Assembly: GCA_051880895.1 (NCBI GenBank)
Contig: JBJEOV010000087.1
Coordinates: forward strand, 32,135-96,134
Direction: 5' to 3'
Source: Ruminococcus sp.
GTDB lineage: Bacteria; Bacillota; Clostridia; Oscillospirales; Acutalibacteraceae
Length of the DNA stretch: 64,000 nucleotides
Shown here: piece by piece, positions 1 to 9,204 of the stretch
How the letters are laid out: the number at the start of each line of letters is the position of its first letter
Position numbering within the stretch: the first letter of the stretch is position 1
Made by a program: the position numbers and the translations under genes
Notes under the pieces: generated by a model
Databases searched by the model: none
The model's input: only the letters and a program-made list of their open reading frames with translations
What the model was told of the DNA's origin: nothing

Positions 1-2
1 CA

Positions 3-2114
3 GGCTCGGAATTCTGCCGTACAAAGCAGGGCGACCACAACAGCTATAAATCCTCGGATTCAATCAACGCTATTGATTGGACACGATTAAAAACATATTC
101 GGAAACAGCCGATTACTACAAGGGACTCCTTAAGATAAGGGAAAACTATTCTCCGCTCAAGGGCGGCAGCTTTTCAACACCGTCCTTCCAGTCGAGCCAC
201 GGATATGTTGTTGCCTACACATATTCAAACAATACCTCGGGTGAGTGGGGCAAGGTCTGCGTACTTGTAAACAGCGGCACACAGGCTTACTCAATCAATC
301 TTGACGGCAGCGGCTGGACTGTTGTTGCAAACGGTACAAAGGCAGGTCTTGAAAGTCTCGGCACAGTATCGGGCAGTTCTTATTCAGTACCTGCAAGAAG
401 TGCCTGCGTACTTGTGCAGTCATCAACCTTTAATAACCTTAAGAATGCAGAGCCGACATACGGCACTCTCAATGTAAACCATATTGATGAAAACGGCAAT
501 GTATTAAAGAGTACATCTGCAACCTATAAAACAGGCTCAACCTACAGAGCTTTGCCCGACACCACACTTCTTTATGATTACAGTCTTGTTAATACAACAG
601 GTACAACCTCGGGTACTGTTGAAAGCGGCAAGACCTATACGGTTACATTCACATACAAATCAACAGGTGTATCCTCAGGCTACCTCACGGTTAATTATGT
701 AAATGCCAACGGCACAAAGGTTAAGGAATCCGTTAAGAACAAGATGAGGAGCGGAGATGAGTACTCCGTAAGTCCTGCAACTATTCAGGGCTATCAGCTT
801 GATACCGATAATTTCCCTGCAAACACAAGCGGTACTTTCTCGGGTACAGATACAACCATCAATTTCAGATATAAAAATCTTGATTCAACAAGCACAATAG
901 TACACTACAAAAAGCCGTCCGGCTGGTCTGATGTTCGTTGCTATGCATACACGGATGACGGCAAAAATCCTAACGGCGAATGGAATACTGCAACATTAAT
1001 GACAAGCGAGGGCGACGGCTGGTACAAGTGCACAGTATCTGCGGCTGCCTGCTATGTAATGTTCCACCCAACCTCAAACTCAGCTCAGGAGCCGGGACAG
1101 GGTGCAAGCGGATATCCTGCGTCCGGTGAAGTATGGGTTAATAACGGTGCTATCACATTTAACAGCACAGTAATCACAAGCCATATTGATATTGCGACAG
1201 GTAAAAAGATTTCTGCCGATGTTGTAAGCGAGAAAACAAAGGTTACGGCAAGCGATACATACACAACCTCGGCAATATCGGGCAAAAATGCAGTCACTCC
1301 CGTAAATGCAACAGGCAATTACACAGCAGGTGTTATCAATGTTGTATATCTCTACAACTCAGGCGAGCCTGTAACATCGCCGACTACTGAGCCTACAACA
1401 GCTCCTGTTACACAGCCGACCACCTCTCCTGCAACAGAACCGACTACATCTCCGGCTGAAAAGGTCTGGATAGGCGACATTGATCTGGACGGCAGAATTT
1501 CTATCAATGATGTATCTCTTTTACAGATGTTTATCTGTGAGCAGATGACATTTACAGACAAACAGCTTGTAGCTGCCGATTCGAATGATGACTCGATAAT
1601 TGATGTCATTGACGCTACATTAATTCAGATGTATCTGGTTGATAATTTTGTGGAAAACAGTATTGTAGGTGATTATAAGAATTTCGGCGACCAGCCGATT
1701 ACCGAGCCTACAACTCAGGCTCAGACAACATCGCCTGCAACACAGCCTGCAACTACACAGCCTGCAACCACACAGCCGATTACAACAGCTCCCGTAACAG
1801 AGCCGACAAATCCAAGCGGTACATATACAGTTACTTTTACCAACTCGCTTAACTGGAGCGGTACTATTTACTGCTACTACTGGCCGGACGGCGGTAAGGG
1901 CACAGTAAGCTGGCCGGGAGAAATAATGAATTTTGCAGAAAACAATGACTACGGTCAGGCAGTTTATACATTTGATGTTCCCTCCTCCTGCGATTGTGTA
2001 GTCTTTACAAACGGCTCTTCGCAGACTGTAGATATTAACACAGGCTCAATAGACACCCGTTATTACGCTAAATCTACAAAGACAGAAAAAGGCTATGATG
2101 TAGGCACATGGTAA
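3..2114 (+). CDS. Multimodular type I pullulanase (GH13), C-terminal part; 5' end lies outside the window. Order: GH13 C-terminus, MucBP-like repeats, CBM26-like module, PT linker, dockerin, PT linker, CBM26-like module
   Basis: Frame is open from base 3, well upstream of the tracked 414 start: EFCRTKQGDHNSYKSSDSINAIDW is typical of the pullulanase C-terminal region. Dockerin loops GDIDLDGRISINDVSLLQ and ADSNDDSIIDVIDATLIQ; starch-binding-type modules (HYKKPSGW..YAY..W; FTNSLNW..IYCYYW). Architecture recalls R. bromii amylosome pullulanases. Confidence 0.85.
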   Translation, partial: GSEFCRTKQGDHNSYKSSDSINAIDWTRLKTYSETADYYKGLLKIRENYSPLKGGSFSTPSFQSSHGYVVAYTYSNNTSGEWGKVCVLVNSGTQAYSINLDGSGWTVVANGTKAGLESLGTVSGSSYSVPARSACVLVQSSTFNNLKNAEPTYGTLNVNHIDENGNVLKSTSATYKTGSTYRALPDTTLLYDYSLVNTTGTTSGTVESGKTYTVTFTYKSTGVSSGYLTVNYVNANGTKVKESVKNKMRSGDEYSVSPATIQGYQLDTDNFPANTSGTFSGTDTTINFRYKNLDSTSTIVHYKKPSGWSDVRCYAYTDDGKNPNGEWNTATLMTSEGDGWYKCTVSAAACYVMFHPTSNSAQEPGQGASGYPASGEVWVNNGAITFNSTVITSHIDIATGKKISADVVSEKTKVTASDTYTTSAISGKNAVTPVNATGNYTAGVINVVYLYNSGEPVTSPTTEPTTAPVTQPTTSPATEPTTSPAEKVWIGDIDLDGRISINDVSLLQMFICEQMTFTDKQLVAADSNDDSIIDVIDATLIQMYLVDNFVENSIVGDYKNFGDQPITEPTTQAQTTSPATQPATTQPATTQPITTAPVTEPTNPSGTYTVTFTNSLNWSGTIYCYYWPDGGKGTVSWPGEIMNFAENNDYGQAVYTFDVPSSCDCVVFTNGSSQTVDINTGSIDTRYYAKSTKTEKGYDVGTW

Positions 2115-2119
2115 ATTGT

Positions 2120-2212
2120 AATTTAGTGGTCAGTGGGTAGTGGGTAGCGGTTAGTTTAAAACACTAAACACTCCTCACTCATCACTCCACATTCCTAATT
2201 CCACATTAAATT
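2120..2212. repeat. Heptamer-array imperfect palindrome (family 2, copy A)
   Basis: aatttagtgg-tcagtgg-gtagtgg-gtag... on the left; 7-mer CTCC/CTC-rich units ending ccacattaaatt on the right. Reverse complement resembles 52024-52060. Confidence 0.6.
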
Positions 2213-2235
2213 CCGGTTTAGCTTACAAAAATATC

Positions 2236-2286
2236 AAAACAAAAAACACAGACCTACAGCGAAAATGTGCGGTCTGTGTTTTGTTT
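2236..2286. terminator. Bidirectional intrinsic terminator between convergent pullulanase and bsh
   Basis: AAACACAGACC/GGTCTGTGTTT stem with A-run before and T-run after. Confidence 0.8.
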
Positions 2287-3259
2287 AGTTCTGAAAATTA
2301 ATCTGCTGTTCTGTGATTAACGGATAGCGTATCAGCTCGGAGCGGTCAAGATTTTCTCTGTGCATATCAACAGCGAAAATCTGATGGTTTTCGTAGCTTG
2401 TGTAGTAGTAAATACCCTTTGTTGCGTTACAGCAGGAGGTGTAGATTGTAATTTCGTATTTTCCGTCTGCTACCTCGCAACAGCCTCTCTGCTGGTCAAC
2501 AGAGCCGAGAATGTGGAAAAACTGACTTACGCTTTCGTTTTCCGTATCGCCGGAAATTGAATGTGCTTTTGTGAATGCAACTCTTGCAAAGCGTGATGCA
2601 GACGATAAATCACCCGGAAGTCCTAACGCACCCATTCCACGACTGTATGCGTTGAGGGTAAGCCCGTCTGCAAAGGTGTTTTGCGGTTGCTTTTCTGAGA
2701 GCGACATATAATTGTTGAGTAAAAACATCTGTGTTTCAAACGGCGGATTATTCGTCAGTACGCCGAGGGGATTATCGTAAATGTGAAGTCCGTCGGCAAC
2801 TGACTCGACGGTTATCGCACTGTTTTCGTCAGCAATTATCCAGTGCAGCTGTGCGGCAGGCAGTTTTTCGTTGAACGGTGCGCCTGTAAGATTAATTTCG
2901 GAAAGCATTTGTTTTGCCTCTGAAACATCAGAACAGCGGCTCAGAATATAGGAGATGAATTCGTACTGAGCTACATTCTTTTTGCTGCTGTCTTCTTCAG
3001 AGTAAACGGCATTTCCTACGAAATTCAGTCCAGCCATTCCAAGTCCTTTTTCGTTTATTGCGTCATAGTAAAGCGGATAATTTTCGGCAATGTGCGCCAT
3101 TCCGATTATGGCATAGTGAGAATTGCAGGCGCCCATATAGCGAAAATTGAATACATAGTTCCTCGGTGTGACGGTTATTTCATCTCCGTACGAAAATTCG
3201 TAATCAAGCGTTCGCCCAAAATAAAAATCTTTGGTTTTGTAGGTTGCGGCAGTACACAT
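2285..3259 (-). CDS. bsh: Choloylglycine hydrolase (bile salt hydrolase, Ntn-hydrolase)
   Basis: N-terminal catalytic Cys (MCTAATYKTKDFYFGRTLDYE), DAINEKGL, LTNNPPF, LPGDLSSASRF motifs; AAAGGAGG RBS. Confidence 0.9.
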   Translation of the reverse strand: MCTAATYKTKDFYFGRTLDYEFSYGDEITVTPRNYVFNFRYMGACNSHYAIIGMAHIAENYPLYYDAINEKGLGMAGLNFVGNAVYSEEDSSKKNVAQYEFISYILSRCSDVSEAKQMLSEINLTGAPFNEKLPAAQLHWIIADENSAITVESVADGLHIYDNPLGVLTNNPPFETQMFLLNNYMSLSEKQPQNTFADGLTLNAYSRGMGALGLPGDLSSASRFARVAFTKAHSISGDTENESVSQFFHILGSVDQQRGCCEVADGKYEITIYTSCCNATKGIYYYTSYENHQIFAVDMHRENLDRSELIRYPLITEQQINFQN

Positions 3260-3379
3260 ATAAAAACCTCCTTTGGTTATTGTTGCTATAAAGTATAAAA
3301 TTATGTATAAATGACATCAGACTCCTTACCGAGCGGAAAGGAGTCTTTTTGTTACTGCGTTTTTTTGGCAGCTATAAGG

Positions 3380-3810
3380 TTATTTCCATTTTAATTCTCC
3401 GTCACCGCCCATAAGCTTTGTCATTTCCTCAATTTTATCAAGAGGGAACGGGGGAGATGAAACGGGCTTCATTGCAATAGACATAAGCTTCATCGGGTTA
3501 TCGTCAGCGGCAATTCTGTTGGAGCTTAGCGTACCGCAGATTCTACAGCGATGAATAATTGCCCATTCGCCGTTTTTGCGTACCCATACCGCAACGGGTT
3601 CCATTACGCCTCCGCAGTCTGCCTCACGGTCGCCAGGTTCAATATCAAGATGCTGACTTGAAAGGCAGTAGGGGCAGTGGTTGCGGTGGTCGCTTCCTGC
3701 ACCGTCAGGCACAACAAGCTTTCCACATACCTTGCAGGTGAAGCTCTCGTTACAAGCGTGTGATATATAATAACCTTTTTTGTATGATTTTTTTTGTTTT
3801 CTCTGTTCAT
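3380..3810 (-). CDS. RNHCP-domain zinc-binding protein; the well-spaced start (3810) is out of frame with the domain because of an A8 run
   Basis: HRNHCPYCL and CxxC motifs. GGAGGA is 9 nt from the ATG at 3810 (MNRENKK) but only 2 nt from the in-frame ATG at 3817. A ninth A would join the frames. Confidence 0.75.
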
Positions 3811-3849
3811 AGAGCATAATCCTCCAAAAAGTAAAATCAAAAACCTTTT

Positions 3850-3936
3850 GGGAGGTTTCTTGGCAAAGCAGCAAACCTCCCGGTTATGCTACAATCACGC
3901 TTAATGTGCTAATCTTTGTCAAACAGCAATCTCCTT
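3850..3936 (-). promoter_or_regulatory. Candidate attenuator leader: AAGGAG RBS, 12-codon uORF (3922-3884, TTG start, MTKISTLSVIVA), then GGGAGGTTT/AAACCTCCC hairpin
   Basis: RBS is 8 nt from the TTG; a 9-bp perfect stem at 3881-3850 follows the uORF stop, with T-rich sequence shortly after. Confidence 0.55.
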
Positions 3937-3987
3937 AATTAAAAATTTATGATAAAGCCAAAGGCTGAATCGACATTTTGCACTTAA

Positions 3988-4016
3988 ATTATATCAGCAT
4001 ATGTGACGATTTTCAA
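3988..4016 (-). promoter_or_regulatory. Sigma-A promoter of the RNHCP leader
   Basis: TTGAAA-17-TATAAT with extended TG. Confidence 0.7.
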
Positions 4017-4095
4017 TATATATTTAAAAATTTTGTGTAAATTATACAACCTGACGCTCCCTTAAGCAAACTGAAACAGATACCGTAAAACACAA

Positions 4096-5130
4096 CTATA
4101 TGTGCAAGAACTTTAACCTCGGAAATTTATGCTTTAGCTTGTTCCACAGCAAAATTATGAGGGAACAGACTATTATGTCAACGATTGTCATTATCCACCA
4201 GCTGTAGCTTATGCTTTTCAGACCGGGGATACTGCTCCAGATGAGGTTGGAATAACTGTTTACAGCATAATTAAACGCCATAATTATTATTGTATTTTTA
4301 CCTAAAAATGACAAAAAAGCAAAATTATAGGCATATTTATAGCAAACATACAATACTGCGAATGAAATTGTGACTGAACCGATAAATGTAAGAAAGGCAT
4401 TGTTAAGGGTATTGTTGCACAGATCAACTCTCGGATTGGTGATTATACAGAAAGCGCCTAAAGCTATCATAGCAACAACGAAAGAGATTCCGTGAGTGAT
4501 ATTTTTCAGTGTTCCTGCTTCCTTGAATTTCAGACCTATAAACATAAAAGCCATACCGAGCAGGGCAATATTTATATGCCAGGGGAGCTGAATATGTACG
4601 GTTAAATACAAAATATAGTCTGCTGATACCGCTGAAATGCACAATATTACCTGAACCAATGTGCGTTTTATTTTTTGAAGAAAATAAAAGCAAAGACAGC
4701 TTAAAAACATACAAGGCAAAAACCATAACGGAGTACAGTTAGGCATTTTGTCAATCGCACCCCAGGAATAAAATATCCATTGCAAATGATTAATAGCTGA
4801 GTCAATTAATTTTTGACCGCTCATTCCCCTGAACTGCTCTAAAGGTATGTTTATCAGCAGATTTAAAAATGCCAGTATAAAATACGGCAGCAGGTAAGCC
4901 CTCAGCTTTGCTGTAAGCAATTTTTTAAATCCAAGCTCCGACCATTTATTTTTGTTGTAAAGAAATCCTGACAGTATAAAGAAAAACGGCATATGAAAGC
5001 CGAATATTGCTTTTACAAGCGGCTCAGGCGCATTTGCGTGGCCTATCAGCATCAGAATTATGGCAAATCCTCTCGCTGCATCAATGTAGGCTAATCGTTC
5101 GTTATTTTTGTCAATCATTTTTATCCCCAT
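4096..5130 (-). CDS. Acyltransferase family 3 (OafA-like) membrane protein
   Basis: YIDAARGFAIILMLIGH, FHMPFFFILSGF, PLWFLPCMF motifs; multi-TM. Confidence 0.85.
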   Translation of the reverse strand: MGIKMIDKNNERLAYIDAARGFAIILMLIGHANAPEPLVKAIFGFHMPFFFILSGFLYNKNKWSELGFKKLLTAKLRAYLLPYFILAFLNLLINIPLEQFRGMSGQKLIDSAINHLQWIFYSWGAIDKMPNCTPLWFLPCMFLSCLCFYFLQKIKRTLVQVILCISAVSADYILYLTVHIQLPWHINIALLGMAFMFIGLKFKEAGTLKNITHGISFVVAMIALGAFCIITNPRVDLCNNTLNNAFLTFIGSVTISFAVLYVCYKYAYNFAFLSFLGKNTIIIMAFNYAVNSYSNLIWSSIPGLKSISYSWWIMTIVDIIVCSLIILLWNKLKHKFPRLKFLHI

Positions 5131-5164
5131 ATTATCATCAGAATAAAGGTAATTCCGAACAAAT

Positions 5165-5548
5165 TTATGAATTCAGAAAATCAATTATAAGTTCTTTTTC
5201 AGCCTGCGGCAGAATATGCATATGACCGCTGCCCTTAAGCTCACGGACTTCGCAATTCTGAATAATCTGCTTTGCTCTCGGAAGAACTTTTCTTGCAGGA
5301 AAAAGCAAATCCTTTTCGGATGCAATAACAAGCGCAGGAGCTTTGAACTGCTGCATCAGCTTTCTGCTGACATTTGTGGGCATTCCCACTTTTGTCTTAA
5401 CATTGTCAAAGCTGTCTTTTATAGTTTCCATTGTATCGCTGGAAGTATCAACATAAATATCGCTATACTCCGAATCAAGCTTTTTTATTTGTTTATCATA
5501 CAGTTGTAAAGACTTTTCTTTACCCATTTCAGATTTATATATTCCCAT
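5165..5548 (-). pseudogene. Alpha/beta-hydrolase with a large in-frame internal deletion
   Basis: N-terminus (IYKSEMGKE..YDKQ..DIYVDTS) is joined directly to the C-terminal part (PALVIASEKDLLFP..GSGHM). No nucleophile elbow; only 127 aa. Confidence 0.6.
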
Positions 5549-5577
5549 ACTATTCTCCTTGAATATTATTTTCAGAT

Positions 5578-6756
5578 TTATTTGCGGTTAATCTGACAGA
5601 CGGTTTCGATGTGCGCAGTATGTGGGAACATATCTACGGGTTGGATTTTGGTGATTTTGTAGGTGCTGTTTTGTTCTATATACGCTAAATCTCTTGCGAG
5701 GGTTTCGGGGTTGCAGGAGATATAGACAACTGTTTTCGGATTCATTTTTATCAGGGAGGAGAGGAATTTTTCGTCACTGCCGGCTCTCGGCGGATCCATA
5801 AATACTACATCGGGCTTTTCTTTTTCCTCAGCGACCGTCTGCATAAATTCACCTGCGTCGCCCTGATAGAACCTGATGTTTTTTAAGCTGTTCGCCCTTG
5901 CGTTCTGCACAGCGTCCTTTACGGCGTCCTTGTTCAGCTCGACTCCGATAACCGAGCCTGCGCCGTTTTTGGCGGATACTATTCCGATTGTGCCGATTCC
6001 GCAGTAGGCGTCAAGTACGGTTTCGCTGCCCTTGAGATTTGCAAATTCAACAGCCTTGTTATAAAGCACCTCGGTCTGAATGGGGTTTATCTGATAAAAG
6101 CTCTTTGGCGAAATTCTGAACCTACAGCCGCACAGTATGTCCTCAATATATCCCTTGCCGTACAGCACCTTCTGCACATCGCCGAGCACAAGGTTAGTTC
6201 TGTAGGGGTTTATATTCTGCACAACCGTTTTAATCTCCGGAAACTGCTTTGTGATTGCCTTTACAAAATTATTTTTTGACGGAAAAACAGGCGTACCGGT
6301 AACAAGAACGAGCATAACCTCATTTGTCGCAAAGCCTCTTTTTACAAGAATATGCCTTAAAAATCCCTTCTGCCTGTCCTCGTCATAGGTTGTGAGCTTA
6401 AAAGATTTCAGCATTTTGCGTACAGCTACGATTATTTTGTCCGCCGTTACATCCTCAGTCATACACTCGTCAATGCCGACGATATGATGTGTGCCGGACT
6501 GATACACACCTGAGATTATTCTGCCCTTGCTGTCTGTTCTGAAAGCCGCCTGCACCTTGTTGCGATAGTGATACGGATTATCCATTCCGATGATTTTTTC
6601 AACTCTGCAAAAGCCTGACAGCAGTTTTTCAACCTTTTTCTGCTTGAATTTAAGCTGCTCGGGGTAGGTGAGGTTTTGCAGCTGACAGCCGCCGCATTTT
6701 TTATATACAGGGCAGCTGCCCCTTTTTATGTTTTCTTTTGTATTACTCATAGTCAT
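5578..6756 (-). CDS. rlmD: 23S rRNA (uracil-5) methyltransferase, RlmD/TrmA family
   Basis: CPVYKKCGGCQLQ, SFYQIN, DAYCGIG, MDPPRAG, YISCNPETLARD, DMFPHT. Confidence 0.9.
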   Translation of the reverse strand: MTMSNTKENIKRGSCPVYKKCGGCQLQNLTYPEQLKFKQKKVEKLLSGFCRVEKIIGMDNPYHYRNKVQAAFRTDSKGRIISGVYQSGTHHIVGIDECMTEDVTADKIIVAVRKMLKSFKLTTYDEDRQKGFLRHILVKRGFATNEVMLVLVTGTPVFPSKNNFVKAITKQFPEIKTVVQNINPYRTNLVLGDVQKVLYGKGYIEDILCGCRFRISPKSFYQINPIQTEVLYNKAVEFANLKGSETVLDAYCGIGTIGIVSAKNGAGSVIGVELNKDAVKDAVQNARANSLKNIRFYQGDAGEFMQTVAEEKEKPDVVFMDPPRAGSDEKFLSSLIKMNPKTVVYISCNPETLARDLAYIEQNSTYKITKIQPVDMFPHTAHIETVCQINRK

Positions 6757-6819
6757 TCTCCGTATTAAATCCGAAAAGAGCCAAGGCAGATGTAGCTTGG
6801 CTCTGTATTCTTGCGTGTA

Positions 6820-8118
6820 TTATTCTTCTTTTTCCTTTTCATCCGCTGATTTTTCTTCGCTTTCGTTTTCATCAACAAGTCTTTTTACAACAACCCTGAT
6901 GATTCTCTGGTTGGCAACCTCCATTATCGTAAAGCGGAATCCGCCTGCCTCAACGCTTTCACGCTTGTTCGGAATTGTGCCGGCATTTTCAAGTATGTAT
7001 CCGCCTACGGTTATGCTGTCACTGTCAATGTAGTCCTCGTCAAGGTCGAAGAGTGCAAGCATATCGTCAAGCTCAAGGTCGCCGTTGACAAGAAATTCAT
7101 TCTTGCCGATTTTGTAATAGTTATGCTCAATCTCCTCGTCCTCGTCCCAGATGTCGCCCACGATTTCCTCGAGCAGATCCTCCATTGTGAGAATACCGAG
7201 AGTGCCGCCGTATTCGTCTGTAACGATTGCAAGGTGAACCTTGGTTCTCTTGAAGGTGTTGAGAATTTTGGAAAGAGGCTGTGTTCTGAATACAAAGTAA
7301 GGCGACTGCATAATTTCACGAACATCGGGAGCAATGCCGTCAGCGAGCTTTTCCAGATAATCTCTGGTGTGCAGTACGCCCACAATATTGTCAACCGTGT
7401 CCTTATATACGGGGATTCTTGAATATCTGTTCTCAAGAATTATATTCTTGATTTTTTCTGGCGAATCGTCAACGCTGATAAATGTTACATCAACTCGTGG
7501 CGTGATGACCTCTTCGGCGGTCTTTTCGTCAAAGTCAAGCGCAAGGCGCACCATTTCGCTTTCGCTTTCCTCCAGCACACCCTCTTCTTCAATGCTTTCA
7601 ACAATGTATTTAAGCTCGTTTTCGGTAACGCTCGGTGAATCCTCTGCACCGCCCGAGAGCTTAAGCACAAGACTTTTGAATTTTACAAGTACAAAAACAA
7701 AGGGAGTCAGTATGAACATCAGAAATTTAATCAGTCCTGATGTTTTTAATGTAAAGCTGTCGCAGTTTTCCTTTGCAAGACATTTCGGCAGTACCTCGCC
7801 AAAGGTGAGTACAAGCAGGGTGATTGCGCCCGTTGCAATGGCTGAGCCGTAGTCGCCGAAAAGATTTATGCACAAAACGGTTGCAAGTGACGAACAGCTC
7901 AGATTTACAACATTGTTGCAGATAAGAATTGTTGTCAGAGCCTTGTCAAAATTTTCTATAACAAAAAGTGCGGTAGAGGCTGTTTTGTCACCGTCATCAG
8001 ATTTCTTCTGGATTCTGATTTTATTGACAAAGGAAAGTGCAGTTTCGGTTGCTGAAAAAAACGAGGATAAGGCAATAAGTATTATAATTACTATTGCCAT
8101 CACTATGTTTGATGCCAA
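6820..8118 (-). CDS. HlyC/CorC (CNNM-CBS-CorC) family transporter
   Basis: FFSATETAL, GEVLPK, TPRVD, YSRIPVY, DEYGGTLGILTMEDLLEEIVGDI. Confidence 0.9.
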   Translation of the reverse strand: MASNIVMAIVIIILIALSSFFSATETALSFVNKIRIQKKSDDGDKTASTALFVIENFDKALTTILICNNVVNLSCSSLATVLCINLFGDYGSAIATGAITLLVLTFGEVLPKCLAKENCDSFTLKTSGLIKFLMFILTPFVFVLVKFKSLVLKLSGGAEDSPSVTENELKYIVESIEEEGVLEESESEMVRLALDFDEKTAEEVITPRVDVTFISVDDSPEKIKNIILENRYSRIPVYKDTVDNIVGVLHTRDYLEKLADGIAPDVREIMQSPYFVFRTQPLSKILNTFKRTKVHLAIVTDEYGGTLGILTMEDLLEEIVGDIWDEDEEIEHNYYKIGKNEFLVNGDLELDDMLALFDLDEDYIDSDSITVGGYILENAGTIPNKRESVEAGGFRFTIMEVANQRIIRVVVKRLVDENESEEKSADEKEKEE

Positions 8119-8207
8119 TTTATATTCACTCCAAAAAACATTATTACTTTTATACTACTATAATTCTTTAATATCATTATTGTTTTTAAGAAAAAAGAGC
8201 AAAAAGA

Positions 8208-8236
8208 TTGAATTATATTGCTTTAAATGCTATAAT
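8208..8236 (+). promoter_or_regulatory. Sigma-A promoter upstream of tepA
   Basis: TTGAAT-17-TATAAT with extended TG. Confidence 0.6.
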
Positions 8237-8300
8237 ATTTAATTACAGAATACATTATTAATGCACTTTTGGGAAAAATATTTTTCGGAGGTGCATTGAT

Positions 8301-9101
8301 ATGGCACAGAAAGCAAAAGAAAAGAATACAACGGCTAAAAAGTCTGTAAAAGCCAAGGAATGTAATACTGTAAAAAATCCGAATGAACAGCCCGAAAAAA
8401 AGTCGATTGAAAAGGACAGTCCTATTGATGAACAGCATACCGACCAGGTTGAGGAAACAGGCTCGGTAATTACTGCTCACAAGGACAGTATAATTCACTG
8501 CCTTACCATTATCGGGCAGATTGAGGGGCATTACATCCTTCCTCAGCAGAACAAGACAACTAAGTATGAGCATGTTATTCCTCTGCTCGTTTCTATTGAA
8601 GAGGACGAAAGGATTGACGGCTTACTTATTCTGCTGAACACAGTAGGCGGAGATGTTGAGGCAGGGCTTGCTATTGCCGAGGTTATATCGGGAATGAAAA
8701 AGCCGACGGTATCTATTGTGCTTGGCGGCGGTCATTCAATAGGCATACCGCTTGCGGTGGCGGCTGACAAGAGCTTTATTGCTCCGAGTGCGTCTATGAC
8801 GGTTCACCCTGTCAGGACAACCGGACTTACCCTCGGCGTTCCGCAGACCTTTGAGTATTTTCAGCGTATGCAGGACAGAATTACCACCTTTGTTGCGGAA
8901 AATTCTGATATTTCAAAGGAACGCTATAACCAGCTTGTGCTGAATACCGGCGAGCTTGTTATGGACATAGGAACGATTTTAGAGGGAGAAGAGGCAGTCA
9001 GCGAGGGACTTATTGATGAGGTCGGTACGGTTTCTGACGCAATAGACTGTCTTTACACTATGATTAAGCGTAACAAGAACCGTAAAAAAAGAGGAAAATA
9101 A
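8301..9101 (+). CDS. tepA: ClpP-like translocation-enhancing protein TepA
   Basis: [35 protein letters not shown]; near ftsK/spoIIIE as in Bacillus. Confidence 0.8.
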   Translation: MAQKAKEKNTTAKKSVKAKECNTVKNPNEQPEKKSIEKDSPIDEQHTDQVEETGSVITAHKDSIIHCLTIIGQIEGHYILPQQNKTTKYEHVIPLLVSIEEDERIDGLLILLNTVGGDVEAGLAIAEVISGMKKPTVSIVLGGGHSIGIPLAVAADKSFIAPSASMTVHPVRTTGLTLGVPQTFEYFQRMQDRITTFVAENSDISKERYNQLVLNTGELVMDIGTILEGEEAVSEGLIDEVGTVSDAIDCLYTMIKRNKNRKKRGK

Positions 9102-9204
9102 TCTTATTCTACAAGGTATCCGCATACGCATATAAATTACTGTTGCGGTTATTCGGGCGGTCAAGGTCGCCCTTACATATTTTATGGATAAAGGAGTACA
9201 TACT

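Noticed and set aside
1370-1810. Short tandem repeats (ACACAGCCTGCAACT-like) in the pullulanase
   Set aside because: They encode ordinary Pro/Thr linkers around the dockerin.
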